DNA of 64,000 bases, from the NCBI GenBank assembly GCA_051003195.1, contig JBPCLP010000011.1, forward strand, positions 96,001 through 160,000, read 5' to 3'. Positions 10,061 to 19,510 of this stretch are shown one piece after another. Within the stretch, counting starts at the first letter, position 1; every line of letters starts with the position of its first letter. The notes under the pieces are model-generated. The model had not been told where the DNA came from, made no database searches, and saw nothing but the letters and a program-made list of their open reading frames with translations. The position numbers and the translations under genes were made by a program. The stretch is from Candidatus Sumerlaeaceae bacterium (GTDB lineage Bacteria; Sumerlaeota; Sumerlaeia; Sumerlaeales; Sumerlaeaceae).

Positions 10061-12378
10061 TCGATGGTGATTTGCTGGTCTGCGAACGAGAATCGAATGC
10101 GGGTGGAATCGTCGAGTGTGACGGCGAACGGTCGCGAAAGCGAGAACGGCTCTGCCTTGCATTTAGAGACCAACTGGCGCGTTGCGGTATGATCCCTGGC
10201 GGGATAGAACACCACGACTGTCGGAGAGATCGCAGGCGCGGAGGTAGTATTGTCGATCGCGATACTGTTTAGTGCAAACGGTTGCTCGAGGCGACCGTTG
10301 CCGATCTTGTGGTTCTCAAGGTACGTCTGGCGTCCGCTGCTTTGTAGAACTCCGATGCCAAGCTTGTCGTCAAGGTTGTACCAGCTGGAATGCAACGCGA
10401 CGGGTTGCGTAATTTCCGGTCCATCGGCAGTAAACGTTTTGCTGTCGCTCTCGTAGAACAGTTGACGCTTTGCGCGCGAGTAGACCCAGTGCTGATCGTT
10501 GAGCACAGCGAGTAATCCCAGATCGATCTGTTTCACTTGGGCTGATGTCGTAACCTCGACGTGATCCGCATACACAGCGCGTCCGTCCGGCAGAGCGACG
10601 AACGCGAAGTGTTGCCGCGCGACATTGCCGCCGCGCATCATCTTGCCGATGACGCCTAATGTGCTGCTGCTTTCAATTCTCCGCACCGATTCAATTTTCG
10701 GTGGGTCGTCCTTCAGGCCTTGTATTACAATGCGGCCGATCATGCTACGCTCGTTCGGCGACAACAGCAGGTCCTTATCGAGCGGCATGACCATTCCCAT
10801 AACCTGCTTGCCCCAGGAAAAGCTCGCGATGGAGTTCTGGGTACGCAGCAATGCGAACTTGCCCGCGGAGAATGGATGCAGCCCGGCGACGCTGGCGCGA
10901 TAAGTTTCTTCGCTGACCGGTTGCACCGGTTCGCCAAGCATTCCAACCGCATGAAACATCAGCGCCAGCATTTCGAGTGTGAATGGTTGCGTGGAAGGAA
11001 AGCTGAATTCCTCCGGTAGAAATACACCGCCGTTATCGTCGCGCGCGCGCATCCGCTCCACGCATTCGAATCCATTGTTCAACAGCCGGCTGGCGTGAAC
11101 ATCTTTATTAAGCACGGCCTGCATGATATGCGACTCGGTCCATTGCGGGTTGCGATGCAGTTGCCAGTCCTGGCCGTTCGGATAAATGTATCCGCCATCG
11201 GGCAGCGACAGCTTTTTCAGCGTGCCGTAAACGCCGGTCGTGTTGTAGTCGAGCACCTGCGGTACCGGCCTGCCCGCCCAGGTGTAAACCTCGCGCTGGA
11301 AGAGCAGGATGTTCACCGTGTTCATGTAATCCGGATGCACACGATGATGGTTCTCGAGCGTGAAATCGTCGTGGATGTTGGGGCCCGTGCCGGCCAGCCA
11401 CTCTGCGATGGTTTTGCCGTCATAGACGGCCGAGGAATTGAGATCGGACTTTCGCGCGAAAGAACTCACGGCCCAGCGAAGCGCGGTGGTCCGCCACTGC
11501 TCGCTGTGCGGGTGGTTCGGAAACATGCAGTAAGCCAGCGAGATGACCGTCGAGTTCCAGGCATTCTCTTCGGCCTTGGTATCGTTCTCGATCTGCGAGG
11601 GAGGAATTTTGTCGATGAAGCGGTCGGCTTCGTCGCAAATCATACGCGCGGCCAGCCAGCGCATTTCGGGCGTCAGCTCGTCCCACAGCAGCCAGCAGCC
11701 GCGACCCGCGGTGTTGGCCCACAGCGCGGATTGCCACTGGTCGTACCACTGTTTACCGTCGTTGCATTTTGCACCGCCGGCGCGGTGCGTGGGCAGAATG
11801 AGGCGCAGCAGCGCGAAAGCTTTTTCGCGACATCCGTCGCGAGAAAGACCCGGCAGGTATCCGTCCGTGATCGAAGCGCGCAGCGACGCGAGGCCGTACA
11901 CCAGGTGTGCGTTCGGGCGGATGTCGTGCTCTTTGGATTTCGATGGGGTGAGGGTAAGTGCGGCAGGGTCGCCGGACCATGGTTTAAGCAGGCTGCAGAC
12001 GTAGCGTGCCTGCTGGTGCATGGCAGGTACGAGCCGCTTTTGCCACGGGCTGTTTGCATCGCGCATGATGGGTTTCGGAGCCGTGGTGGCGAATGGGCCC
12101 GCGAGGTCGGCATGGATTTCCGCGGCGGGAGGAAGTTGGGCGATTGCGGGCATGTGGGCAGCGATGCCGAGTGTGAGGACAAAACACACAGCCAAGAAAC
12201 GTGGGACCTTTCGTGAGCTGCGGGCGAAAGCGATATTCCAGTTAATGTGGCCTGGCAGTGTTGACAGATAGGTAAAGTTTCTTCGGGCGCGCTCCGCGCG
12301 TAGAGAAAGCGGCGGCAAGCCGCGCGCACTCCAAATTGGCGCCGCGCACGTTGTAGCGATGCTTGGCGACCTGTGCAT
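10057..12378 (-). CDS. Uncharacterised secreted protein, probable polysaccharide lyase-like; paralogue of 15115..17295
   Basis: Signal-peptide-like FLAVCFVLTLGIAAHMPAIA; motifs WQSALW, EADR, DTKAEENAWN, NHHRVHPDY, PNGQDW..H shared with the 15115..17295 product; start uncertain. Confidence 0.6.
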   Translation of the reverse strand: MHRSPSIATTCAAPIWSARGLPPLSLRAERARRNFTYLSTLPGHINWNIAFARSSRKVPRFLAVCFVLTLGIAAHMPAIAQLPPAAEIHADLAGPFATTAPKPIMRDANSPWQKRLVPAMHQQARYVCSLLKPWSGDPAALTLTPSKSKEHDIRPNAHLVYGLASLRASITDGYLPGLSRDGCREKAFALLRLILPTHRAGGAKCNDGKQWYDQWQSALWANTAGRGCWLLWDELTPEMRWLAARMICDEADRFIDKIPPSQIENDTKAEENAWNSTVISLAYCMFPNHPHSEQWRTTALRWAVSSFARKSDLNSSAVYDGKTIAEWLAGTGPNIHDDFTLENHHRVHPDYMNTVNILLFQREVYTWAGRPVPQVLDYNTTGVYGTLKKLSLPDGGYIYPNGQDWQLHRNPQWTESHIMQAVLNKDVHASRLLNNGFECVERMRARDDNGGVFLPEEFSFPSTQPFTLEMLALMFHAVGMLGEPVQPVSEETYRASVAGLHPFSAGKFALLRTQNSIASFSWGKQVMGMVMPLDKDLLLSPNERSMIGRIVIQGLKDDPPKIESVRRIESSSTLGVIGKMMRGGNVARQHFAFVALPDGRAVYADHVEVTTSAQVKQIDLGLLAVLNDQHWVYSRAKRQLFYESDSKTFTADGPEITQPVALHSSWYNLDDKLGIGVLQSSGRQTYLENHKIGNGRLEQPFALNSIAIDNTTSAPAISPTVVVFYPARDHTATRQLVSKCKAEPFSLSRPFAVTLDDSTRIRFSFADQQITIE

Positions 12379-12383
12379 CAGTT

Positions 12384-14255
12384 TTACCAGCTCCGCTGGC
12401 CGATGAACTTCGCGACGCCGTCGATGTTACCCAGGAAGAACATGGCGCGCAGTTGTTTTTGTGCGGCGACGTCGCTGGCCAGTTTTTCGTCCAGCGTGCG
12501 GAAGAGTTTCATCTTCAGCCAATAGGCGAACTCGTATTTTTCATTGGTGCCGGCAGCGATTGCGAGATCGTCGAGTTCCGGTGTGTTGAGCCCGGCTTTC
12601 CATGCCGCGCGATAGAGCGTCTGCGCTTCCTGCCATGACTTGTCGGCTAACGCCTGGAACATCTTGTGCATACCCTGCCATTTCTCGGTGGCCGGTGTGA
12701 TTAGTTGCGCCACATCCGCCTGCTTGCCGCCAGCGCCAGTGCCGAGTTCGTTGAGGTTCACGACCATCTCGGGCGTGCGGTCGCCGTTGGTGTCGTAGGT
12801 TATCTCGTCGATGTAGCCGTTTTTGTCGGTGTCTTTGTAGAGCACGACTTCCTCGAGCTTATCAGCTTTTTCCGGGTTTGAATTGCCCTTGTTCGGTCCT
12901 GCACCGCCCCAGAACTTTGCGCCGTAATCGACGAGCCATGCGCCCCACTCTGCGCCGTAGAGATGAATCTTGCCGTCCCAGCGACCGACGTAAATTTTTC
13001 CTCCGCCGCTGAAGTCCTGGTCGAACTCGCCGCGATCGCCGAGGGTATCGCTCTGTACGTGCCCTGCAATGCCGCCCGTTGTTCCCTTATCGCCGCCACG
13101 CGCGAACTTGCCCATCACGTAGGGATCTGTCGACACGCCGTCGCGCTCGGGGTAGTAGAGCTCGACGCGTTCCCAGCGGTGGTCGTCATCGTCCTCGTCG
13201 AAGCACAGCCACACGTTGCCCCATTTCGGCTTGAACAGCTCGTCGTAGCATTTGCCGTGCGGCACGTAGACGAACTCGTCGATCTTGCGCCATGCGTTCT
13301 CGCGGAAAAATGGCAGCGACCATTCGGGGGCTTTCAGGCCGCGATGCTTCACGTGGTGGTTTGTGTAATTCAGCTTTTCGCCCCCGCTGAAGCGAAATGT
13401 AAGATCGTAATCCATTTCATTTCGACGGCCAGTGTCGTTATCGAGGTCGTAGGTTACATATCCGTCATCGATGGTGCCATCGTACTTCCATCCGCCGAAG
13501 TCGGATTTCGCGTCTTTGATCCGTTCCTTATTGTCGCAGTAGCGTATCGCCATCTCGGTAACGCCATCATTGTCGAAGTCATAAAACGCGAACGGGTTTT
13601 CCCAGTTGAGGCGTGGGTCCTGAATGCCCCAGACCGGCAGGTGCTCCTTTAAAAAAATGGAGTTGCCGTTATAGTCCGGCGAGAAGTTCGGATCGTCGCC
13701 CGGCGGCTGATGCCAGCAGTCGAAATGATAGTCTGCGTCCCAATCGACAAAGCCGTTAACGCCATCCTTGTCGATGTCTTCAAAAACCATATAGTGCGCG
13801 GCGTTTGAAGCCACCGTTTTTTGTTTCAGGTTGGGATTGATGGCGAACACCTGTGCTTCGGCTTTGCCGTCCTTGTCGTTGTCCACCCATTTGATGTTCA
13901 TGTCGTCGGGACCATCGTAGTAGCCGTCACCGTCACGGTCGACCTGCATGCAGTCGGCGGCGATGTCGCCTTTGATGTCGTGCTCGGTGGCGTCGTCGTT
14001 TTCGTCGAGGAAGCGCACGCGCTTGCCGTGGAACCAGCTCTCGATGATGTCGGGATCACCGTCGCCGTCAAGGTCGGTGCGGAGGACCTGCGTGGAACTG
14101 GTGTCGTTGCCCTCGAGCTTGGATTTGCGGGGCGAGGCGGGGTCGGTCTCGGATAAGTAAACCTGCTGTCCGCCGGTGGTCTGGGTGTCGCGCTGCGCGA
14201 TCGCGGCGCTCGCAATGGCTCCGCAGATATAAAGGCACACGATTCTCTTCGACAT
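12384..14255 (-). CDS. Secreted Asp-rich hypothetical protein with many DxDxDG Ca2+-binding-like loops
   Basis: Signal peptide MSKRIVCLYICGAIASAAIA; DLDGDGDPD, DRDGDGYYD, DNDKDG, DIDKDG, DFDNDG, DTDKNG, DTNGD; GGAG RBS upstream. Confidence 0.7.
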   Translation of the reverse strand: MSKRIVCLYICGAIASAAIAQRDTQTTGGQQVYLSETDPASPRKSKLEGNDTSSTQVLRTDLDGDGDPDIIESWFHGKRVRFLDENDDATEHDIKGDIAADCMQVDRDGDGYYDGPDDMNIKWVDNDKDGKAEAQVFAINPNLKQKTVASNAAHYMVFEDIDKDGVNGFVDWDADYHFDCWHQPPGDDPNFSPDYNGNSIFLKEHLPVWGIQDPRLNWENPFAFYDFDNDGVTEMAIRYCDNKERIKDAKSDFGGWKYDGTIDDGYVTYDLDNDTGRRNEMDYDLTFRFSGGEKLNYTNHHVKHRGLKAPEWSLPFFRENAWRKIDEFVYVPHGKCYDELFKPKWGNVWLCFDEDDDDHRWERVELYYPERDGVSTDPYVMGKFARGGDKGTTGGIAGHVQSDTLGDRGEFDQDFSGGGKIYVGRWDGKIHLYGAEWGAWLVDYGAKFWGGAGPNKGNSNPEKADKLEEVVLYKDTDKNGYIDEITYDTNGDRTPEMVVNLNELGTGAGGKQADVAQLITPATEKWQGMHKMFQALADKSWQEAQTLYRAAWKAGLNTPELDDLAIAAGTNEKYEFAYWLKMKLFRTLDEKLASDVAAQKQLRAMFFLGNIDGVAKFIGQRSW

Positions 14256-14285
14256 CTATATTCCTCCGACAATTGCATTGATTTT

Positions 14286-14347
14286 AACCACGGATTACAC
14301 GGAAAACACGGAGTGACGGAATCCGTGTGTTCTGTGTAATTCGTGGT
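14286..14347. repeat. REP-like inverted repeat (ACCACGGATT family)
   Basis: AACCACGGATTACACGGAAAACACGGA ... TCCGTGTGTTCTGTGTAATTCGTGGT; related copies at 17240, 38718, 38919/39005. Confidence 0.8.
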
Positions 14348-14353
14348 CAGGAA

Positions 14354-15118
14354 TTAACGTCCAAGCCAGCCTCCGTCGACGGGGTAGACGGTGCCGTGGC
14401 AGTAATCGGATGCGTGGCTGGCAAGGAAGACGACCATGCCGGCGAGGTCTTCGGGCTTGCCCCAACGACCCGCGGGTATACGATCAAGGATCGACTTGTT
14501 CCGGACGGGATCATCCTGCAGGGCCTGGGTGTTGCGCGTGGCGATGTAGCCCGGCGCGATCGCATTCACGTTGATGTTCTTGGACGCCCATTCATTGGCG
14601 AGCGTCTTGGTAATTCCGGCGAGCCCCGACTTCGATGCCGTATACGACGGCACGAGGATGCCGCCCTGGAACGACAGCAGCGACGCGACGTTGATGATCT
14701 TGCCGGGCTTGTCCTGCTCGACGAAATGCCTGGCGGCAGCTTGCGCCAGGAAGAACGCGGATTTCAGGTTCACGTTCATCACTGCGTCCCAGTCTTCTTC
14801 CGTGAACTCAAGCGACGGCGCGCGGCGAATGGTGCCCGCATTGTTAACAAGGACGTCAATGGAGCCGACCGCATCGAGCGCGCGGGCGACGACGGTGCGC
14901 GTCTGGTCCATCTTCTCAAGGTCGGCCGTAATGCCGATGAACTTGCGGCCCGTCGCCTCCACCGCTGCCTGCGTTTCCGCGAAATTCCCGCTGCTGCCCA
15001 CGCCTGCAATATCGGCGCCGGCTTGCGCAAGAGCGATGCAAAATGCGCGGCCGATGCCCGTGCTGGCGCCAGTGACCAACGCAATTGTCCCCTCTAAATT
15101 AAAAAGCCTGGCGCTCAA
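14354..15118 (-). CDS. kduD: 2-dehydro-3-deoxy-D-gluconate 5-dehydrogenase (SDR)
   Basis: LVTGASTGIG, LVNNAGTIRR, ASLLSFQGGILVPSYTASKSG, ANEWA..NINVNAIAPGY, RIPAGRWG, VDGGWL.R are KduD signatures. Confidence 0.93.
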   Translation of the reverse strand: MSARLFNLEGTIALVTGASTGIGRAFCIALAQAGADIAGVGSSGNFAETQAAVEATGRKFIGITADLEKMDQTRTVVARALDAVGSIDVLVNNAGTIRRAPSLEFTEEDWDAVMNVNLKSAFFLAQAAARHFVEQDKPGKIINVASLLSFQGGILVPSYTASKSGLAGITKTLANEWASKNINVNAIAPGYIATRNTQALQDDPVRNKSILDRIPAGRWGKPEDLAGMVVFLASHASDYCHGTVYPVDGGWLGR

Positions 15119-17295
15119 TTTATCCTCCCTGGAAAATCTGTATTATCAGAAAAGTACGTGCTGTACTGCCATTCACTTGTGGTAAGCTGCGGCGCCTGAT
15201 GCGCGGCGTCCTCAATTCGGTTGAGAAAACCGCCAGTAAAGTGTACGTCCCGTAATCCCACGTCGTAGACCTTGATCTGGTCACGAAAGTCCATCCCGAG
15301 TTTGTTGGCGTAGGCGTTAGTGCTTCCGGCTGTTAGCGACGGCAGTAATTGGATAGCAGTAGTCTCACTGCAGTCGATGAGATCAATCGCAGCGGATTTA
15401 CGTGTCCATTTCCCTGCAGGCTTGTACGTAAGTCTGGAACGAGTGATCACCGAAAATGAATCATCTATATTGATCCAGTTCCAGCACGTAACGGGCTCCT
15501 GCGATGCAAGCGCCGGGATCGATCGTGCGCGTTCCTGGTCCGACCATAACTGTCGACCAGGCGTGGTCAGCGAGTCGTTTTCAATTCCCAGAGGCCCGAG
15601 CGGATTGGTTCCGAGCACCACAACTGAATTCGGAAGTGCAATGAGTGCAGCACGTTCATTATTGGTGCCTCGCAACAACACTCCTGCGACCGACGGTGCG
15701 GCTTGCAAAACGCTGCTCTCGTTTTTTGCGTTCGGCTTTGCGTGGTACACTATTGGTGCTCCAAATGACAGCCCTGTTGGCAGGAGACCTTTCTCAACAG
15801 GCAGAGTCATGTACATTCCTGTCGTCGTGTGGCCGTCCACCAGCGCGTAGATTGTTGCCATTGGTTTTACGCCCCACGACGCGGTAACCAGGAATTTCTC
15901 ATTCCGGTGCACCCACACCTTTGCGTCAGGATAGAACCACGTCTGCGCTTTTTGCTCTGTGTTTTCCTCTGTGTCTCTGTGCCTCTGTGGTTCAGCTTTT
16001 TCTATATCTACGGCCAGCTCGTGATGTAGCAGTGCCGTGCTTGCCCGCTTACACACCAGCGGTTCCCACCACCACTCCAGGTTGCTGTCGCCCAGCAACC
16101 GCCCCGGTGGCGACACCTCGCGCCGACGCTGCACATGCTTAATTCCCTCCCCTTCCGCGTCCGCGGCCACCGGATCCCCCAGCGCTGTCGCGATGTAGGC
16201 GAGATAACTCTGGATCGTTGAGCAGTGGAAGGTCCAATCGTTACCATTTGGAAAAGCGAACTCGCCGCTGGGGAGCAGCAATGGACGCGCAATCTTCTCC
16301 CACACATCGCGCACGTGGTGCAACGCGTACGGGCGAAACTCCTCCGCGCGTTTGGTTACATGCAGTCGATCCCCCAGCGCAAGGATAAGCCACGCTTCTC
16401 CGAGGTGCTGTCCGCTTACTTGCACGTAATCGGGATGAAAGAAGCCGTGATTGAACATCGTCCAGTCCGGCAGCAGGCTGGCGGTGGAGACCAGCTCGCT
16501 GATTATATCTGTGCCTACGGTGGCGGTGCTCGTGCGGTCGCTGGGATGCGAGTAAGTGTTCAAGGCGTAGACTTTCAACGCGCGCCACCACGTGTCACCC
16601 CTTGGATCTTTGGGCGCCAGAGCGAGCGCTAGTGCCGGTGCCGCGGTGTTCCAGCCGTTTTCCTCCGCACCGGTGTCGCCCTGCGCCGCCACATAGTCCT
16701 TCGGCGGCATTGCGGCGATCCGGTCTGCCTCCGCGCCGGCAATGCGTGTGATTCCATCCCGCTGTGGCGTCGAAAGCTCGTCCCAGCAGAGCAGAACGGC
16801 TGGTCCCACTGCCCCCAGCCACAGCGGCGACTGCCACCAGAAACCCCACTGCGGCTGTTGCGCGGGCTGTCTAGACTTGTGGTGCGTGATCAGGTAATCC
16901 AACTGCGCTTTTGCGTAACTGGTCAGCTCGTCGCGGGACAAGCCGCAAGCGTCCAACCGCGCCCGATCCTCAGCCGCGATCCAGCCTTTATCCAGCCCGC
17001 GGGCGAGCATCACATAAGTGAGCATGGTGTTACACATTCCGCGCACGGCGCCGTTCTGGTTTTTGGCGTCGATGCCGTCGCCCCAGTAGCCTCCCGGCTC
17101 AGCCTCGTGCCAAATCGACTTCGCGTAACACCCGTACGTCGTGAGCACGTTCATATACTCGCGCGCCATCATTGGCACCCCGGACGCCTCTGCAGCCAAG
17201 GCGCGGCTCCCGCAGAACAAGAAAAAGCCAAAAACAAAAAACCATGGATTACACAGATTACACGGATTGGGGCTTATCCGTGTTTTCCGTGTCAT
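15115..17295 (-). CDS. Uncharacterised secreted protein, probable polysaccharide lyase-like; paralogue of 10057..12378
   Basis: WQSPLW, EADR, DTGAEENGWN, NHGFFHPDY, PNGNDW..H, SWG motifs; signal-peptide core WFFVFGFFLFCGSRALA; 4-nt overlap with kduD. Confidence 0.6.
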   Translation of the reverse strand: MTRKTRISPNPCNLCNPWFFVFGFFLFCGSRALAAEASGVPMMAREYMNVLTTYGCYAKSIWHEAEPGGYWGDGIDAKNQNGAVRGMCNTMLTYVMLARGLDKGWIAAEDRARLDACGLSRDELTSYAKAQLDYLITHHKSRQPAQQPQWGFWWQSPLWLGAVGPAVLLCWDELSTPQRDGITRIAGAEADRIAAMPPKDYVAAQGDTGAEENGWNTAAPALALALAPKDPRGDTWWRALKVYALNTYSHPSDRTSTATVGTDIISELVSTASLLPDWTMFNHGFFHPDYVQVSGQHLGEAWLILALGDRLHVTKRAEEFRPYALHHVRDVWEKIARPLLLPSGEFAFPNGNDWTFHCSTIQSYLAYIATALGDPVAADAEGEGIKHVQRRREVSPPGRLLGDSNLEWWWEPLVCKRASTALLHHELAVDIEKAEPQRHRDTEENTEQKAQTWFYPDAKVWVHRNEKFLVTASWGVKPMATIYALVDGHTTTGMYMTLPVEKGLLPTGLSFGAPIVYHAKPNAKNESSVLQAAPSVAGVLLRGTNNERAALIALPNSVVVLGTNPLGPLGIENDSLTTPGRQLWSDQERARSIPALASQEPVTCWNWINIDDSFSVITRSRLTYKPAGKWTRKSAAIDLIDCSETTAIQLLPSLTAGSTNAYANKLGMDFRDQIKVYDVGLRDVHFTGGFLNRIEDAAHQAPQLTTSEWQYSTYFSDNTDFPGRIN

Positions 17296-17303
17296 CCGTG
17301 GTT
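17240..17303. repeat. REP-like inverted repeat (ACCACGGATT family) overlapping the start of the 15115..17295 gene
   Basis: AACCATGGATTACACAGATTACACGGAT ... ATCCGTGTTTTCCGTGTCATCCGTGGTT. Confidence 0.8.
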
Positions 17304-17359
17304 TGAATATTGTCCTGAGGTGCTTCAGTGCAGTCCGATTCGTGTCAGAGATTCGTGGA

Positions 17360-18172
17360 TTACAAAAACTTCACAGCCTGGTAATCCGGCTGGATGTTGA
17401 TCCCGTGCTTAAAATCCCGGTCTCGCTCAGGATCGTAGCCCGCCATCACCCACAGGAACACGCTCTTATATCCAGGCGCTGCCGCGGTCGGGTGATATCC
17501 GCCCGGTATCGTGACGCAGTCACCGTCCTGCACCACTTTCGCGAACTCCATTTCCTGTACGGACGAATATACGAACTGCACACTGAACGCCGGTTTCGGC
17601 ATATCGAAGAATAGATAAAACTCCTCCTTGCTTGTGGCATGCTCATGCGGCGGCCAGCTTGTCCAGGCGCTGGGAGTGCCGACCGTAAAGCCGGCCAGCA
17701 GCCGTGATGCTTTGACGTTGTGACCCAGCATATTGAAAATACGGCGCCTGGTTCCCAGCTCTTCCGTGCCGACATCGAAGTAATATTCCGCGTTGTCCTT
17801 TACGTCCTCGAAGCGCACCAGCTGCGGTGTGCCGTCGATGTGCGACGGACTGGAGGACAGCACGAGGTCGGCACCGCTGTCGCCCGAGATCTGTGCCTCT
17901 GTGTTGCGCGGAACATACAGCATATCGCACTGCGCGAGCTCGTACGTCTGCGCGCCTACGCTCACCACCACCTTCGGCTTGATGCAGAAGAGTATCCACT
18001 CTTTATCGCTGGCTGCAATTGTATGCGACCGCGCGCTGGCGGTGAAGATCATGCGGCCATAGCCAAGGTAACGCAGATCGCCCGTCTCGGGCGAGAAGAA
18101 TTCTTTATAGCCTTCGTGATTTTGTGTTTTCCTGAACACCTTCGGTTCAATGTCCAGTCCAAGTTCTGCCAT
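17360..18172 (-). CDS. IolB/KduI-family cupin isomerase (5-deoxy-glucuronate isomerase-like)
   Basis: WTSWPPHEH...EEFYLF, DGD.V.IPGGYHP.AAAPGY...LWVMAG resemble IolB; AGGAAAG RBS. Confidence 0.85.
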   Translation of the reverse strand: MAELGLDIEPKVFRKTQNHEGYKEFFSPETGDLRYLGYGRMIFTASARSHTIAASDKEWILFCIKPKVVVSVGAQTYELAQCDMLYVPRNTEAQISGDSGADLVLSSSPSHIDGTPQLVRFEDVKDNAEYYFDVGTEELGTRRRIFNMLGHNVKASRLLAGFTVGTPSAWTSWPPHEHATSKEEFYLFFDMPKPAFSVQFVYSSVQEMEFAKVVQDGDCVTIPGGYHPTAAAPGYKSVFLWVMAGYDPERDRDFKHGINIQPDYQAVKFL

Positions 18173-18213
18173 GGTACTTCTTTCCTTTCAGAGGCCGCGG
18201 GTAGTGCGGCGGG

Positions 18214-19341
18214 TCAGTCCTGAATCTTTACCTGTGGTTGCAGGCGCTGCACGCGCGCCATGTAATCCCGGAATTCCTCGGCCGATTTTACAGCATCCGG
18301 TTGTTTGAACCAGTTCGCCACGTACCGATACGTCGCCTTGCCTTCAGGAGCTTTCAAGCGCATGTAAAGGCTTACCGGATCCATGTTCACGCCGTCAATG
18401 ATCTCGGGGTTCGCAGTTACGCCGAGGCCAAGGTTGCCGGAATGAGGCTTCTGTCCGTCGCCGAGCGCCTGGTTGCCCCACGTTCCTGCCACGCCAAGCT
18501 TCTGGTATTTTATCAGTTGTGCACCGGGGTGCTGCACAACGCCCGCGACCAACTCGGGAGGTGGTTTATTGTCGTTGGCTTTAATTGTGAGTTGGCACTC
18601 GGCCCAGGTTTGCCCGGCATAGATGAGTTGACGTGCGGTCAGGTCGAGCTTGCGGCCGCTGCTGGTCGTCCAGTCGGTAAATAAAAAATCGCAAACCGCA
18701 CGAATAGGACCATCGGCGAGCAATTTGAAATCGCGCTTTGCATCGGCGACTTTGACGACATTCTTTTCATCGAGCACGCCAAACCCCCCAATACCCAGGG
18801 CCGTACCCACCTTCAGGACATCCATGCCCCACTTGCTGCTGTTGTGGTAGTCCATTCCTTTGGATGCAAATGCCTCCAGGGAAAGCACGGGTTCCGTTTT
18901 GCAGAAAACATCTGTCGCGTTGCGGCTGTCCCAGTAAATACGAAATGCGATGAGATCGCTTTCCCACCCCGGGCCTTCCATACCCTTCATGGTCGGCGAT
19001 TTGATGTACATACCGGCGTGCGCGCGCGGCGGGGCACTCGTCTCTGGCGCTTCGTTGCTTAGCGTGAACTTTTTCGTCTCGTGCGGCTTAAGTGCTGCCA
19101 GGAAGACAATTTCCTCCGGCTTGCCATCCCCATCCAGATCGTCGGCCTGTACTGCGGATCGGGCTCCGTCTGCCATGGCGCTTTTTACATCGGCGGCCGA
19201 GTTGAGTCGCACGACGACAGGCGCTTCTTTCCAGTCGTCATCCGTGGGATTTGTAACCGACACTGTGGCGGCGGTTGCAAACGAGGCAGCCAACCCAAAC
19301 AAGGCTGTCTGTGCCCGGAACCATGTTTTATATTGCAGCAT
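18214..19341 (-). CDS. DUF4861-family secreted protein
   Basis: Signal peptide; QADDLDGDG, EGPGWESD.IAFR.Y.D.RN..D.F.K, YH....WG.D.LKVG..LG.GG, GPIR. Confidence 0.8.
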   Translation of the reverse strand: MLQYKTWFRAQTALFGLAASFATAATVSVTNPTDDDWKEAPVVVRLNSAADVKSAMADGARSAVQADDLDGDGKPEEIVFLAALKPHETKKFTLSNEAPETSAPPRAHAGMYIKSPTMKGMEGPGWESDLIAFRIYWDSRNATDVFCKTEPVLSLEAFASKGMDYHNSSKWGMDVLKVGTALGIGGFGVLDEKNVVKVADAKRDFKLLADGPIRAVCDFLFTDWTTSSGRKLDLTARQLIYAGQTWAECQLTIKANDNKPPPELVAGVVQHPGAQLIKYQKLGVAGTWGNQALGDGQKPHSGNLGLGVTANPEIIDGVNMDPVSLYMRLKAPEGKATYRYVANWFKQPDAVKSAEEFRDYMARVQRLQPQVKIQD

Positions 19342-19438
19342 TCAATGTCTCCGTTAACTTGTTACCCGTTATTGTTGTGTCGTATGCTGATAGGCAGCGG
19401 TAGCAGGTAAAGACAATTCTTTCACCGTCAAAATAATC

Positions 19439-19456
19439 GCAACAAACTAATGTTGC
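19439..19456. promoter_or_regulatory. Candidate operator GCAACA-N6-TGTTGC in the divergent promoter region
   Basis: Perfect 6-bp inverted repeat in the AT-rich spacer between the catabolic operon and the divergent hydrolase gene. Confidence 0.3.
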
Positions 19457-19510
19457 CACTTAATTCGAGATGCAGCCAGACCTTCTCCACCCATTCGATA
19501 CGGAGCTCTC

